Origin: Phyllobates terribilis
Taxonomy: Eukaryota
DNA length: 64,000 bases
Direction of reading: 5' to 3'
Assembly: GCF_046119375.1 (NCBI RefSeq)
Contig: NW_027362761.1
Location: 889,638,001-889,702,000, forward strand
Made by a program: the position numbers and the translations under genes. This document shows, piece after piece, positions 62,620-64,000 of this stretch (positions are counted from its first letter, which is position 1; each line of letters begins with the position of its first letter). Below the pieces are notes generated by a model. The model was not told where the DNA came from. It saw nothing but the letters and a program-made list of their open reading frames with translations, and made no database searches.

Positions 62620-63140
62620 GGCAATTTAGAACCGAAAGAATAGAGCTTCACACATAGATTAGATAGATAGAAATATGTCAGTCACATATATAAGAAGTAC
62701 AGTGACAGTGTTGATTACTGTACTTGTCATTTAGTGTAAAGGATTTATTAAAAAAAATATTAGTGTTTTCATGCACCGTCTCTTTAAAAAAGCCGGCCGG
62801 CAATTCAGCAGCAGTACCCAACAATTTATAAGACAGAATAGAGCTTCACACATAGATTAGATAGATAGAAACATGTCAGTCACATATATAAGAAGTACAG
62901 TGACAGTGTTGATTACTGTACTTGTCATTTAGTGTAAAGGATTTATTAAAAAAAATATTAGTGTTTTCATGCACCGTCTCTTTAAAAAAGCCGGCCGGCA
63001 ATTCAGCAGCAGTACCCGACAATTTAGAATAGAAGGAATAGAGAATCACACATAGATTAAATAGATAGAAACATGTCAGTCACATATATATGAAGTACAG
63101 TGACAGTGTTGATTACTGTACTTGTCATTTAGTGTTAAAA
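62620..63140. repeat. About 199-bp tandem repeat, about 2.6 units, with an internal palindrome
   Basis: TAGAG anchor at 62641, 62839 and 63039. AAGTACAGT...ACTGTACTT in each unit. Confidence 0.9.
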
Positions 63141-63268
63141 TAAAGGATTTATTTAAAAAAAAATTGGCGTGGGGTTCCCCCTAATTTTAGTCTCTAGTGG
63201 AGGTTAAGCAGACAGCTGGGGCAGATGTTTGAAGCCTGGGAAGGGGGTAATACCCAGGGAGCTTCCCA

Positions 63269-63655
63269 GGCTATTAATATCAGCCCCCAGCTGAATACCT
63301 AGCCTTTACTAGCTATTAAAATGGGGGACCCCCCCAAAAAATGACGTGGGGTCCCCCCTATTTTAATAGCTAGCAAAGGCTAGGCAGACAGCTGGGGGCT
63401 GATATTAATAGCCAAGGGAGGGTGCCATGAATATTGGCCCCCTCCCAGGCTAGAAACACCAGCCGTCAGCCGCCCCAGAAATGGCGCATCCATAGGATGC
63501 GCCAATTCTGGCACTTAGCCTCGCTCTTCCCACTGCCCTGTAGCGGTGGCAGTGGGGTAATAGGGCTGGGGTTGATGTCAGCTTATAATGCCAGCTGACA
63601 TCAAGCCCAGGTTAGTAATGGAGAGGCATCTATAAGACACCCCCATTACTAACCC
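63269..63655. repeat. Multi-hairpin module (one ~60-bp stem and three shorter stems)
   Basis: Inverted repeat at 63269-63413; TGGCGCATCC/GGATGCGCCA; TTGATGTCAGCT/AGCTGACATCAA; GGTTAGTAATGG/CCATTACTAACC. Confidence 0.85.
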
Positions 63656-64000
63656 CATAGTCAAAGTTAAAAAAAAACACAAACACCCAGAATAAAGTCC
63701 TTTAATTGAAATAAAGACACAATTCTTTATTGTTCTAAATTAAACCATACTTACAATCACCCCCATTCCAGCTGAAGCCAACGATCTCCTGCAATAAAAG
63801 AAAAATAATAAAGCAACATAATCCTTACCTTTCCATGGTTCCCACGACAGCTTCAGCTCTGCTACATCGAGATGACAGGCTGGACCGCAGCAGAAAGCTG
63901 CCATCCATCCTGTCATCCCGCAGACACTGAGAAGCGCAGGCTTGCTTGCGCTCCTTAGCGTCTCTCTGTGACGGCATCCAGATGAGCCGAGTTCATGTCC

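Overview
Eukaryotic, most likely amphibian (anuran) genomic DNA that is almost entirely transposon-derived. No host gene could be supported. The organising structure is deep nesting. An old hAT DNA transposon (5190-61611) sits inside a Tc1 transposase gene whose reading frame resumes 56 kb later, with target duplication CACATCAT/TACATCAT. It has been inflated by further hAT, Tc1, L1, L2, CR1, V-SINE, Gypsy and Penelope-like insertions. Two nested hATs have resolved ends and perfect 8-bp TSDs. The first, 16052-27395 (minus), keeps an intact 1226-aa transposase and carries decayed cargo (18S rDNA piece, L1 piece with a solo LTR, truncated Tc1, 110-bp satellite). The second, 32928-49209 (plus), is a pseudogene split by a full-length chromovirus. 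The hATs repeatedly carry tandem arrays just 5' and 3' of the transposase. RNA-level signals read from the sequence: minimal hammerhead ribozymes in a Penelope-like inverted repeat, a Tf1-type self-priming site and a GGGAAAC frameshift pseudoknot in the chromovirus, and octamer-bearing 127-bp monomers in a near-intact CR1 5' UTR. Family names come from motif recognition only, not database searches. Internal boundaries of decayed fragments are approximate.
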